Origin: Marinoscillum sp.
Lineage (GTDB): Bacteria; Bacteroidota; Bacteroidia; Cytophagales; MED-G16
DNA length: 64,000 bases
Direction: 5' to 3'
Assembly: GCA_042095375.1 (NCBI GenBank)
Contig: JBELBJ010000001.1
Span: 44,945-108,944 of the forward strand
The notes under the pieces are model-generated. The model had not been told where the DNA came from. It searched no databases and saw only the letters and a program-made list of their open reading frames with translations. The position numbers and the translations under genes are program-made. Every line of letters starts with the position of its first letter. Positions within the stretch are counted from its first letter, which is position 1. Shown here piece after piece: positions 19,060 through 28,993 of this stretch.

Positions 19060-20373
19060 ATGAGTAACATAGTAGCTATTGTAGGAAGACCAAATGTTGG
19101 TAAATCTACTCTTTTCAATAGATTAGTTGAAAAAAGAAAAGCTATTATAGATGATGAAAGTGGTGTTACAAGAGATAGACATTATGGCATTTCGGAATGG
19201 AATGGAAAGAGTTTTACAGTTATTGATACAGGTGGTTATGTAGAAGACAGTAAAGATATTTTTGAAAAAAAAATAAAGGATCAAGTTATTCTAGCATTAA
19301 ATGAAGCTTCAATTATTCTTTTCATGGTAGACTGTAAAGATGGTTTAACTAACTTAGATATAGATTTTTCAAAAATAATTAGAGTATTAAACAAAAAAAC
19401 AATTATTGTTGTCAATAAAGCTGACAATTATAAAATTTCATTAAATTCTAATGAGTTTTTTGAATTAGGATTCAAAGAATCAGAATTAATGCCAATTTCA
19501 TCTCAAAGCGGATCTGGAACCGGAGAATTACTTGATTTAGTTATTAAGAATTTAGATGATAATTCAAATAAACTTCAAGAAAATAAAATACCAAGAATTG
19601 CAATTATAGGAAGACCAAATGTTGGTAAATCATCACTTATTAATTTATTACTTGGGGAAGAAAGAAATATAGTAACTAATATTTCAGGAACAACAAGAGA
19701 CTCTATAGATTCTATTTACAAACTATTTAATAATGAATTTATTCTTACTGATACAGCTGGTATAAGAAAAAAAGCTAAAGTAAAAGAAAATATTGAATTT
19801 TACTCAGTAATGAGATCTATTCAAGCTATAGAAAATAGTGATTTATGTATTATAATGATCGATGCTAATCAAGGCTTTGAAAGTCAAGATATGAATATTT
19901 TAAGTCTCGCAACTAAATACAAAAAAGGTATTATTTTAATGATCAATAAATGGGATTTAATAAAAAAAGAAAATAATACATCTAAATTATTAGAAGAAAA
20001 AATTAATAATAAAATTCAACCTCTTAACTACGTTCCTATCATATTTACTTCAGTTGTAAAAAAGCAAAGAATTCATAAATTATTAAATATCTGTCAAGAA
20101 GTTTATGAAAATAGAAAGCAAAGAATTAGCACATCTAAACTAAATAATACTATTCTACCGGAAATTAAAAAATACCCACCTCCTGCAAAAAAAGGGAAAC
20201 ATATTAAAATTAAATATATAACGCAATTGCCAACTAATACACCAACGATTGCTTTTTTTTGTAATCTCCCACAATATATTAAAGAACCTTATAAAAGATA
20301 CCTATTAAATAAAATAAGAGAAAAATTTTCATTTGAAGGAGTTCCTATTTCACTTGTATTTAGAAAGAAATAA
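19060..20373 (+). CDS. der: Ribosome-associated GTPase Der (EngA)
   Basis: 437 aa with two tandem GTPase domains, each with GRPNVGKS and DTAG/DTGG, plus a KH-like C-terminus. Confidence 0.95.
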   Translation: MSNIVAIVGRPNVGKSTLFNRLVEKRKAIIDDESGVTRDRHYGISEWNGKSFTVIDTGGYVEDSKDIFEKKIKDQVILALNEASIILFMVDCKDGLTNLDIDFSKIIRVLNKKTIIVVNKADNYKISLNSNEFFELGFKESELMPISSQSGSGTGELLDLVIKNLDDNSNKLQENKIPRIAIIGRPNVGKSSLINLLLGEERNIVTNISGTTRDSIDSIYKLFNNEFILTDTAGIRKKAKVKENIEFYSVMRSIQAIENSDLCIIMIDANQGFESQDMNILSLATKYKKGIILMINKWDLIKKENNTSKLLEEKINNKIQPLNYVPIIFTSVVKKQRIHKLLNICQEVYENRKQRISTSKLNNTILPEIKKYPPPAKKGKHIKIKYITQLPTNTPTIAFFCNLPQYIKEPYKRYLLNKIREKFSFEGVPISLVFRKK

Positions 20374-20417
20374 AATCGATAATAATGATAATTTAATAGT
20401 ATTTTTGTTTGAATATT

Positions 20418-23105
20418 ATGCAATACGATTTCTCTAAAATAGAAAGCAATTGGCAAAAATTTTGGTTAAAAAATAAATCATATAAAACTAAAATAAATAA
20501 TAAGCCCAAATACTATATTATGGATATGTTTCCATATCCATCTGGTTCTGGTCTACATGTAGGTCATCCTTTAGGATATATTGCATCCGATATTATTTCA
20601 AGATATAAAAAATTAAAAGGATTTAATGTCCTACATCCAATGGGATTTGATTCTTTTGGTCTACCTGCAGAACAATATGCAATTAAAACAGGTAAACATC
20701 CAAAAGAGACAACTAAAGAAAATATTGATATTTTCAAAAAACAACTTAATACAATTGGATTATCTTTTGATTGGGACAGAGAAGTTAGAACTAGTGATAG
20801 TAAGTATTATAAATGGACTCAATGGATATTTTTAAAATTGTATAACAGTTATTTTGATAAAGAAAAAAATAAGGCTTTACCAATTATAAAGCTATCAATA
20901 CCAAAAAATTTAAATTTAAAACAGAAAAATGACTTTATTGATTCAAAAAGACTAGCTTATATTGATGAAATAAATGTTAATTGGTGTGAAGAACTAGGAA
21001 CAGTTCTTTCTAATGAAGAAGTAATTGGAGGCCTAAGTGAAAGAGGTGGTTTTCCTGTTATAAGAAAACCAATGAAACAATGGGTAATGAGAATAACCGA
21101 ATATTCAGAAAGACTTTTAAATGATCTTAAAAATTTAGAATGGCCTGAATCAATCAAGATTTCTCAAAAAAATTGGATAGGAAAATCTGAAGGAGCTGAA
21201 ATCTCATTTAAAATTAACAATGATAAATCAATTAAAGTTTTTACTACCAGACCTGATACAATTTTTGGTGCTACATATTTGGTTCTTGCACCAGAACATA
21301 AACTTATTCCAAAGATAGTTTCTAATGACAAAAGCAAATTAGTTAAAGATTATATAAATAAAACTTTATCAAAAAGTGAACTTGAAAGACAAGAAAATGA
21401 AAAAAACAAAACTGGTATTTTTATAGGAAATTATGCTTTAAACCCTATTTCAAATAAAAAAATTCCTATATGGATATCTGATTATGTTTTGTCAAGTTAT
21501 GGTACTGGTGCAATAATGGCAGTCCCTGCCCATGATGAAAGAGATTTTCAGTTTGCAAAAAAATTTAATCTAAAAATAACTAAAGTAATTGAAAGTAAAA
21601 ATGATGAAAAATGTTATACTGGAAATGGGAAAATCATAAATTCAGGTGAATTCAATGGAATTGATAATAATGATTTCAAAAATATTGTTTGTGATAAATT
21701 AAAAGAGATAGGTCAAGGTAAAAAAACAATAAATTATAAACTTAGAGATTGGATATTTACTAGACAAAGATATTGGGGTGAACCCATACCTATTTTACAT
21801 TCAGGTGATGAAAGAATAGCTTTAAAAGAAAATGATTTACCTTTAAAATTACCACCTGTTAATAGTTATTTACCAACTGATGATGGATCATCTCCATTAG
21901 CTAGAAATAAAAAATGGATATCAATTAAAATAAAAGGTAAAAAATATACAAGAGAATCAAATACTATGCCTCAATGGGCAGGTTCATGTTGGTACTACCT
22001 AAGGTATTTAGACCCAAATAATGATGAGGTTTTTGCTCAAAAGAAAAAAATTAAATATTGGATGCCAGTTGATTTATATATTGGTGGAGCTGAACATGCT
22101 GTTCTGCATTTGTTATATTCTAGATTTTGGCATAAGGTATTATATGATTTGGATTATGTTAATACAAAAGAACCTTTTAAAAAATTAGTTAATCAAGGAA
22201 TGATACTTGGAAGATCTAATTTTGTATATAGAATTAAAGGAACTAATAAATATGTATCTTATAATTTAAGAAATAAATATAAGTACACAAGATTACATGT
22301 AGATGTAGATTTTGTTGAAAATGATGAATTAAATATAAATAAATTTAAAAACTCATCGAAAGAATTAGAAAATTCTGAATTTGTTCTAGAAAAAAATAAA
22401 TATATATGTGGATCTGAAGTTGAAAAGATGTCAAAATCAAAAAGTAATGTTGTAAATCCAGATAAAATCATTAAAAAATATGGCGCAGATACACTTAGAA
22501 TGTATGAAATGTTTTTAGGTCCAATTGAGCAATCTAAACCATGGAATACTAACGGAATTGAAGGAGTATTTAAATTTTTAAATAAATTTTGGAGTCTATT
22601 TCATATTAATAAAAATTTTGAAGTAAGTGAAGAAAAAGCAAACAATCAAGAATTAAAAATTTTACATAATGCTATTAAAAAAATAGAACAAGATATTGAA
22701 AGGCTATCTCTTAATACTTGTATTAGTCAATTAATGATAACAATCAATGAGTTATCAAAGTTAAAGTGCAATAAAAAAGAAATACTTAAACCTATAATTA
22801 TAATTTGTTCTCCTTTTGCACCTCATATTTGTGAAGAATTATGGAAAAAAATTGGAAATAAAGAATCTATAACCAAAGAAATATATCCAGAATATAATTC
22901 TGATTATCTTATTGAAAATGAATATGAATATCCTATTATGATAAATGGAAAATTAAGGACTAAGCAAAAATTTTCTCTTAATCTTAAAAAACAAGAAATT
23001 GAAAAACTAGTAATGAAAAATGAAACTGTATCAAAATGGGTTAAAGAAAGTAAGATTAAAAAAGTTATAATTATCCCAAATAAAATAATAAGTTTAGTTT
23101 GTTAA
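20418..23105 (+). CDS. leuS: Leucine--tRNA ligase
   Basis: The HIGH motif (HVGHP) and KMSKS are present, and the sequence is collinear with LeuS. I prefer the ATG at 20418 (MQYDFSKIESNWQKFW) over the TTG at 20409 in the ORF track. Confidence 0.95.
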   Translation: MQYDFSKIESNWQKFWLKNKSYKTKINNKPKYYIMDMFPYPSGSGLHVGHPLGYIASDIISRYKKLKGFNVLHPMGFDSFGLPAEQYAIKTGKHPKETTKENIDIFKKQLNTIGLSFDWDREVRTSDSKYYKWTQWIFLKLYNSYFDKEKNKALPIIKLSIPKNLNLKQKNDFIDSKRLAYIDEINVNWCEELGTVLSNEEVIGGLSERGGFPVIRKPMKQWVMRITEYSERLLNDLKNLEWPESIKISQKNWIGKSEGAEISFKINNDKSIKVFTTRPDTIFGATYLVLAPEHKLIPKIVSNDKSKLVKDYINKTLSKSELERQENEKNKTGIFIGNYALNPISNKKIPIWISDYVLSSYGTGAIMAVPAHDERDFQFAKKFNLKITKVIESKNDEKCYTGNGKIINSGEFNGIDNNDFKNIVCDKLKEIGQGKKTINYKLRDWIFTRQRYWGEPIPILHSGDERIALKENDLPLKLPPVNSYLPTDDGSSPLARNKKWISIKIKGKKYTRESNTMPQWAGSCWYYLRYLDPNNDEVFAQKKKIKYWMPVDLYIGGAEHAVLHLLYSRFWHKVLYDLDYVNTKEPFKKLVNQGMILGRSNFVYRIKGTNKYVSYNLRNKYKYTRLHVDVDFVENDELNINKFKNSSKELENSEFVLEKNKYICGSEVEKMSKSKSNVVNPDKIIKKYGADTLRMYEMFLGPIEQSKPWNTNGIEGVFKFLNKFWSLFHINKNFEVSEEKANNQELKILHNAIKKIEQDIERLSLNTCISQLMITINELSKLKCNKKEILKPIIIICSPFAPHICEELWKKIGNKESITKEIYPEYNSDYLIENEYEYPIMINGKLRTKQKFSLNLKKQEIEKLVMKNETVSKWVKESKIKKVIIIPNKIISLVC

Positions 23106-23771
23106 TTTTTTAATTATTTTATTAAAAACTGGTTGATTGATCTTTTCAACCCATAGGTTATACATTTTTCTAGAAGGATGCAAATTATCAAAAGCAATTA
23201 GACTTGTATCAAATTCAGCTAATCTTGAAATTTCTGTAATATCAAAATACATTATATTATATTTTTTTGAAATCATTTTATTAATAGAATTATAAGAATT
23301 TATCTCATTATATATATTTTTTTTCTCTTCTTCAGTACTAATAAATGACGTAACGCCATAATCAGGTATTGATAGTACAAAAACATTGTTTTTATTCTTT
23401 GAATATCCTATTGCTTTAATTAATAGCTTTTCAAAATCTATACTATAATTTGAAATATCATAACCTCGATACTGATTATTTACTCCTATTAAAAGAGAAA
23501 CTAAGTCATATTTTTCTTTGATTCCTAATAAATTTAATGAATCGAGTAATTCATCAGTTGTCCAACCTGTCTTTGCAACTACAGTTACTTTATCTATAAT
23601 TTTTTCTTCAAAATTTAATTTATTTTTTAATTGAATAGGATAAGAATATAAATAATTGACAGATTCTCCAATGGTATAAGAATCTCCTAACGCAAGATAT
23701 GAAATATTATTTTCAAGGTCTTTGTTATAGGAACATGAAAATAAAATTAAAAAAAATAAAAATCTTATCAC
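23094..23771 (-). CDS. SGNH/GDSL family hydrolase (lipase/esterase)
   Basis: 225 aa with a signal-like N-terminus, block I LGDSYT (GDS), block III GVNN and block V DNLHPS (DxxH). Its 3' end overlaps leuS by 12 nt, convergently. Confidence 0.8.
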   Translation of the reverse strand: MIRFLFFLILFSCSYNKDLENNISYLALGDSYTIGESVNYLYSYPIQLKNKLNFEEKIIDKVTVVAKTGWTTDELLDSLNLLGIKEKYDLVSLLIGVNNQYRGYDISNYSIDFEKLLIKAIGYSKNKNNVFVLSIPDYGVTSFISTEEEKKNIYNEINSYNSINKMISKKYNIMYFDITEISRLAEFDTSLIAFDNLHPSRKMYNLWVEKINQPVFNKIIKKLTN

Positions 23772-23956
23772 TAGATTAATCTTCTCAGGATTATAAATAA
23801 AACACCTAATAAAAACATAATAATAGATATTTTATTAACAGTATGCATTGCTTTAATACTAAAGTTTGTTTTTCTATTAGGGTCTTTTTTTCTGAAAAAA
23901 TAATTTGCTACTTCAGAAAAATCAAAATAATAAGATATTTTTTTCTTTTTACTCAT
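23771..23956 (-). CDS. Small tail-anchored membrane protein, hypothetical
   Basis: 61 aa with a basic N-terminus and one C-terminal TM (ISIIMFLLGVLFIIL). It is wedged between ispG and the SGNH gene, with a 1-nt stop/start overlap. Confidence 0.55.
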   Translation of the reverse strand: MSKKKKISYYFDFSEVANYFFRKKDPNRKTNFSIKAMHTVNKISIIMFLLGVLFIILRRLI

Positions 23957-23962
23957 AACTAT

Positions 23963-25888
23963 TTATTTAGGTTCTGTCCAATTTCCATCTTCTTTAATTA
24001 ATTCAATAAGTTCATCGACACCATCTTTATAATGAACTGAACGTTTAACAACTTCTTTTCCTCTATAAAGTGTAATTTTGTCTTTACCAGATCCAACATA
24101 TCCATAGTCTGCATCTGCCATTTCACCAGGACCATTTACAATACAACCCATTATTCCAATTTTCAATCCTTTTAGGTGATCCGTTCTGCTTCTTATATTT
24201 TTAGTAGTTTCTTGTAAATCAAATAAAGTTCTTCCACATGAAGGACAAGAAATAAAATCTGTAGATGTAACTCTGACCCTAGAGCCTTGTAATATTTTAA
24301 AGCATAAAAAATTAATTTTTGCAAGCTCATCAATTTGATTTTGATTTGAAGAAACAAATATTCCATCTCCAAATCCTTGAAGAAACAAACCACCAATATC
24401 AGTTGATGAATAAACTATGGTGTTATCATATGATATATTTTCATAATTATTATAAATAATTACAGGATTATCTAAATCAATAATTTTCATAAAAAATGAA
24501 CGAATATCAGGCATAAAATGTTCATTTTTTGACTCTATAATTAATACAAAATTTTTGGGTAGTTTTAATTGTTTTAAAAATTTTAAATCACCCGTTTTTA
24601 ATTTTAGAAAATTTATCTTATCGGAATACTCATTATCTATATTATCAAAATCAAAAATATTAATTAAAGGATAACATGATTTTCTATTATCCAATTCCTT
24701 CCAAGTATTATAATCATAAATGACATTATACTCAAAATGAATTAAACTTGATTTATTACTCCCTAAATATAAATAGTCTGGAGATGTATCTATCTTCGTA
24801 AAAGATTTTTTATTGCTATCAAATAATATACCTAACTTATTTAAATTGGTATTAGTTAACTTTTCAATTTTTGACAAATCAGAAATTACAATAGGCACAT
24901 TTTCTCCTCCAATATTTTGAATTCTTTTTGATTCTCTTTTTTCATATTGAAATGGTGAAAAAACAATATTTTTTGGAACTTTTATCTTTTTGTGGTTTTT
25001 CCTGGTTTTATACCTATCAACCAAAATTTTTGCTATTGGAGGTTCAAATTCTGGAGGTTCAGTAAGCGAAACTCTTACAGTATCACCTATTCCCTCATCA
25101 AGTAGTGTTCCAATACCTATAGCAGATTTAATTCTTCCGTCCTCTCCTTCTCCAGCTTCAGTAACACCCAAATGAAGCGGATAGTTTTTTAAATTCGAAT
25201 TATCCATTTTTTCAACAAGCAGTCTATAAGCATGGACCATTACTAGAGGATTACTTGCTTTCATTGATAAAACAATATTATAAAAATTATGATCTTCACA
25301 TATTCTAAGATATTCTAAAGCTGACTCTACCATACCTAATGGGGTATCACCAAATCTACTCATTATTCTATCAGATAAAGAACCATGATTAGTTCCAATT
25401 CTCATAGCAGTACCATTAGTTTTACATATTTTAATTAGTGGAGAAACTCTTTCATAAATTCTTTCAATCTCAGCATGATAAGAATCATCATCATATTCTA
25501 TATTTTTAAAACTTTTTTTATCAGCAAAATTTCCAGGATTTATTCTAACCTTTTCAACTATTTGAGCAGCAATTTCCGCTGCATTTGGAGTGAAATGAAT
25601 GTCTGCTATTAAAGGGACTTCAAAACCTTTTTTTTTCAATATGTTTTTTATATTTCTTAAATTTTTTGCCTCATTGATACTTGGAGCGGTGATTCTTATA
25701 TATTCCGAACCGGAATTAATCATTCTTATTGCTTCTTCAACTGTTGCATTGGTATTCATTGTATCAGAAGTAGTCATTGATTGAATCCTAATAGGATTAT
25801 CACCTCCAATTACAGAATCACCAATAGAAACAGGAAAAGATTTTCTTCTTTTATAATTGAATAGATAATTATTATAGATATTAATCAA
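23963..25888 (-). CDS. ispG: 4-hydroxy-3-methylbut-2-en-1-yl diphosphate synthase, long form with inserted domain
   Basis: 641 aa with an N-terminal TIM-barrel (IRIQSMT..., RINPGN) and a large insertion as in Bacteroidota, Chlamydia and plant GcpE. The C-terminal 4Fe-4S domain has CPSCGR and GCIVNGPGE. Confidence 0.95.
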   Translation of the reverse strand: MINIYNNYLFNYKRRKSFPVSIGDSVIGGDNPIRIQSMTTSDTMNTNATVEEAIRMINSGSEYIRITAPSINEAKNLRNIKNILKKKGFEVPLIADIHFTPNAAEIAAQIVEKVRINPGNFADKKSFKNIEYDDDSYHAEIERIYERVSPLIKICKTNGTAMRIGTNHGSLSDRIMSRFGDTPLGMVESALEYLRICEDHNFYNIVLSMKASNPLVMVHAYRLLVEKMDNSNLKNYPLHLGVTEAGEGEDGRIKSAIGIGTLLDEGIGDTVRVSLTEPPEFEPPIAKILVDRYKTRKNHKKIKVPKNIVFSPFQYEKRESKRIQNIGGENVPIVISDLSKIEKLTNTNLNKLGILFDSNKKSFTKIDTSPDYLYLGSNKSSLIHFEYNVIYDYNTWKELDNRKSCYPLINIFDFDNIDNEYSDKINFLKLKTGDLKFLKQLKLPKNFVLIIESKNEHFMPDIRSFFMKIIDLDNPVIIYNNYENISYDNTIVYSSTDIGGLFLQGFGDGIFVSSNQNQIDELAKINFLCFKILQGSRVRVTSTDFISCPSCGRTLFDLQETTKNIRSRTDHLKGLKIGIMGCIVNGPGEMADADYGYVGSGKDKITLYRGKEVVKRSVHYKDGVDELIELIKEDGNWTEPK

Positions 25889-25897
25889 TTTTTAAAA

Positions 25898-26608
25898 TTA
25901 AATATCACCAAGTTGAGGTCTAATGATAATTTCTTCTACAGTGGAACCACTAGACATATTATAAATAGAAAATATTGATTCTGCTATATCATTGGGTTGT
26001 ACAAAACGATTTTTATCAAATTCTGAACCATCCCAGCTAGATGTTAATGTTGCTCCTGGAAGAACAGATGTTACTTTTATTCCTTTATCTTTCAACTCTT
26101 CTCTTAATCATAAACTCATACCATATAAAGCAAACTTCGAAACACAATATGATCCACCATTACTGTAAGCAATTTTACTAGCTATTGAGCAAATATTGAA
26201 TATGTGGCCTTTTTTTCTAGATAACATAGATGGAATTAAACCCCTACTTATATAATAGTTCGAATATAGATTGGTATTGATCATTCTTTCCAAAACACCC
26301 TCATCCTCATTATAAATTTTTCCAGGTGAAAAAATACCTACATTATTAACTAATAAATCTAAATTTCTTTTAAAAGATTTAACATAATCAATAAAATTTT
26401 GGCATTCTTTTTCTTTTGAAAGGTCTGACTGAATAAAATTAACTGAAACAGTTTTAGATTCTTTATTTACATCTTCTTTTAACTTAGATAAATCATCTAA
26501 ATTTCTCGAACAAGTAATTATATCAAAGTTCATTTTTGCAAACTTTAAAATAATTGATCTTCCAATTCCTTTAGATCCACCAGTAATTACTAACAATTTA
26601 TTTTTCAT
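25898..26608 (-). pseudogene. SDR family oxidoreductase interrupted by a single in-frame TGA
   Basis: The 166-aa ORF (TGGSKGIG, NNVG, YCVSK) and the 65-aa ORF are in the same frame. My reading across the junction is ...FALYGMSL-TGA-LREELKDKGIKVTSVLPGA. The TGA is at 26108-26110 (complement). The restored length is 236 aa, typical for an SDR. Confidence 0.8.
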
Positions 26609-26671
26609 TAATTTAAATTATGATAATTATTTACGAAATTGTAAAACATTGTTTAAAAATATATCAAATAA

Positions 26672-27400
26672 ATGAAAAATTTTGGAAAATATATCATCTT
26701 TATTTTCTCACTTTTTCAAAGAAGAGAGTCATTTAAAACTTATTTTAACCTATCCATTAATGAATGCATTAAGATTGGATATGAAAGCTTAGTTATAGTA
26801 GCAATAGTTTCGATATTTATGGGAGCTGTAACAACATTACAAACGGCATTTAATCTTGTAGGACCTTTAATACCTGATTATGTAATTTCATTAGTAGTTA
26901 GAGACATGACATTACTAGAATTATCCCCAACAATAATTGCAATTGTTTTTGCTGGAAAAGTAGGATCAAATATAGCTGGAGAGCTTGGAACAATGAGAAT
27001 TACGGAACAAATAGATGCTCTTGAGGTAATGGGAATCAATTCAAGTTCATACCTAGTTTTGCCTAAAATAATTGCATCTATTTTAATGTATCCAATTTTA
27101 GTTGTTATGTCAGCATTTCTTGCAATTTTAGGAGGTTATATTGCAGGAACAATATCTGAAGTTATAGCTGGAGCAGAATATATTTATGGATTAAGATATG
27201 AATTTAACCCTTTTAATATTCCATTTGCTTTGATTAAATCATATGTTTTTGCTTTTCTAGTTGCATCTATTTCATCTTTTCAAGGTTATTATACTGAAGG
27301 AGGTGCTTTAGAAGTTGGAAAATCAAGTACCCAAGCTGTAACTAAAAGCTGCATTGCTATTTTAATTGCTGATTATCTTTTAGCACAAATTTTGTTATAA
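26672..27400 (+). CDS. mlaE: MlaE-family ABC transporter permease
   Basis: 242 aa, polytopic, with conserved MlaE blocks (GPLIP..., ELGTMRITEQIDALEVMGI). Confidence 0.85.
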   Translation: MKNFGKYIIFIFSLFQRRESFKTYFNLSINECIKIGYESLVIVAIVSIFMGAVTTLQTAFNLVGPLIPDYVISLVVRDMTLLELSPTIIAIVFAGKVGSNIAGELGTMRITEQIDALEVMGINSSSYLVLPKIIASILMYPILVVMSAFLAILGGYIAGTISEVIAGAEYIYGLRYEFNPFNIPFALIKSYVFAFLVASISSFQGYYTEGGALEVGKSSTQAVTKSCIAILIADYLLAQILL

Positions 27401-27401
27401 T

Positions 27402-28148
27402 ATGATTGAAATAAAGAATATAGATAAATCATTTAATAAAAAACAAGTCTTGTTTAATATATCTGGACGATTTGAAAAAGGTAAAACAAATCTAATTATT
27501 GGTGCAAGTGGAACAGGAAAAAGTGTACTATTAAAATGTTTAGTTGGCCTTTTAAAACCAGATAAAGGAAATGTTCTATTCAATGATAGAGACTTCACAA
27601 ATGGTTCTAAAAAACTAATTACGGAATTAAGAAGAGAAATTGGTATGTTATTCCAAGGTGGAGCTTTATTTGACTCAAAAAATGTAGAAGAAAATGTAAT
27701 GTTCCCACTAAATATTTTAAGTAAATTAAATAAAGATGAAAAACTAAAAAGAGTAAACCATTGTTTAAAACTTGTTGGACTAGAAAATGTAAATAATAAA
27801 ATGCCTTCGGAGTTAAGTGGAGGTATGAAAAAAAGAGTTGGAATTGCTAGAGCTATAGTAAATAATTCTAAATATTTATTCTGTGATGAGCCAAATTCCG
27901 GATTGGACCCTCTAACTGCTATAAAAATAGATAATTTAATTCAAAAACTTACTCATGAACTAAAGACAACAACTATTGTTGTTACTCATGATATGAATTC
28001 AGTTATGGAAATTGGAGAAAAAATTATGTTTATACACAAAGGAAAAAAATTATGGGAAGGAAATAATAAAAATATTTTTAACAATAAGATTAAAGAATTG
28101 AATGAATTTATTTTTTCAAATAAACTTATGAAAAAACTTAAATCTTAA
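27402..28148 (+). CDS. mlaF: ABC transporter ATP-binding protein (MlaF-like)
   Basis: 248 aa with Walker A GASGTGKS, signature LSGGMKKR and Walker B LFCDEP. It starts 1 nt after mlaE. Confidence 0.88.
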   Translation: MIEIKNIDKSFNKKQVLFNISGRFEKGKTNLIIGASGTGKSVLLKCLVGLLKPDKGNVLFNDRDFTNGSKKLITELRREIGMLFQGGALFDSKNVEENVMFPLNILSKLNKDEKLKRVNHCLKLVGLENVNNKMPSELSGGMKKRVGIARAIVNNSKYLFCDEPNSGLDPLTAIKIDNLIQKLTHELKTTTIVVTHDMNSVMEIGEKIMFIHKGKKLWEGNNKNIFNNKIKELNEFIFSNKLMKKLKS

Positions 28149-28435
28149 TTATGAATTGACGCTACTCTTTCTGATATTTTATTCATTATTTCAAGATTTT
28201 TTTGATCTTTTTTACTCCTAAAGTACCATAGAAGTCCTCCTGCTATCAATAATAAATAAGTAGAAGTAAATAAATAAATAATGCCAAAATTAATACCAGA
28301 GGAAATCCCTTCATTTCCAGCACTTATTTCACTTTGAACTATACTCTTACACATCGAACATCCTTGAGAATTCAACTCAAAATTTAATGATAGAATTATA
28401 ACAGAAATAATTAAAAGTTTTAAATGCATAAACAA
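28145..28435 (-). CDS. Small membrane protein with CxxC motif, last gene of the oxidase block
   Basis: 96 aa with an N-terminal signal/anchor, then QGCSMCKS, one further TM (FGIIYLFTSTYLLLIAGGLLWYF) and a basic tail. It overlaps mlaF by 4 nt, convergently. Confidence 0.55.
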   Translation of the reverse strand: MFMHLKLLIISVIILSLNFELNSQGCSMCKSIVQSEISAGNEGISSGINFGIIYLFTSTYLLLIAGGLLWYFRSKKDQKNLEIMNKISERVASIHN

Positions 28436-28471
28436 TTATTGATACGAAAATTAATAATAAATGTTCAAAAA

Positions 28472-28993
28472 TTAATAAAAAGGACTTATCATTAAATATA
28501 CAATCACACCAGACACTGATACATATAACCATATTGGAAAAGTATATTTTACAACTTTTTTATGTTTGTTTATTTGATTAGTTAAAGCAAAATAAAATGC
28601 AAACAAAACAAATGGTACAACTACGATAGATAGTAAAATATGTGAAATTAAAGTTGGATAATATATATATGCAAGATTTCCTTGATATGAAGTACTATCT
28701 ACAGAAGAATGATATATTATATAAGAAACTAAAAATATAGAACCAAAAATAAAAGATAATGTGTTTAGTGATTGATGTAATTTCACATTCTTCTTTACTT
28801 TAATTACATAAAAAGAAAATAAAAGAAAAATTGAAGTCAAAGTATTAATAATAGCATTAAAATGAGGAAGCTTAGATGTCCAATCTCCAAAAATTATAAT
28901 TTTACTAGGCATAAATAGTAAAATAGCAACTAGAATAGGAACTATAATTGAAACTGAAATAATTAAATTTTTATAAATACTTTCATTTTTCAT
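28472..28993 (-). CDS. DUF420 family membrane protein (oxidase-cluster associated)
   Basis: 173 aa with 4-5 TM helices. Its size, topology and position after an SCO-like gene match DUF420 proteins found in heme-copper oxidase clusters. Confidence 0.65.
   Translation of the reverse strand: MKNESIYKNLIISVSIIVPILVAILLFMPSKIIIFGDWTSKLPHFNAIINTLTSIFLLFSFYVIKVKKNVKLHQSLNTLSFIFGSIFLVSYIIYHSSVDSTSYQGNLAYIYYPTLISHILLSIVVVPFVLFAFYFALTNQINKHKKVVKYTFPIWLYVSVSGVIVYLMISPFY

Noticed and set aside
20409-20417. The TTG start for leuS, as given in the ORF track.
   Set aside because: An ATG three codons downstream (20418) gives the N-terminus MQYDFSKIESNWQKFW, which aligns with the usual LeuS start. The extra MNI is probably not translated.
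26105-26113. The in-frame TGA of the SDR gene might be decoded as selenocysteine, or as Trp/Gly under an alternative genetic code.
   Set aside because: - TGA clearly acts as a stop elsewhere in the window: ligA 6924-6926, sufS 51515-51517, hppA 54868-54870, actE 37268-37270 and the SCO-like gene 28990-28992.
- Conserved Trp codons are TGG, for example LFWFLGH of ctaD.
- The site is a non-catalytic, variable position.
- I see only a weak 5-bp pairing downstream, not a SECIS-like hairpin.
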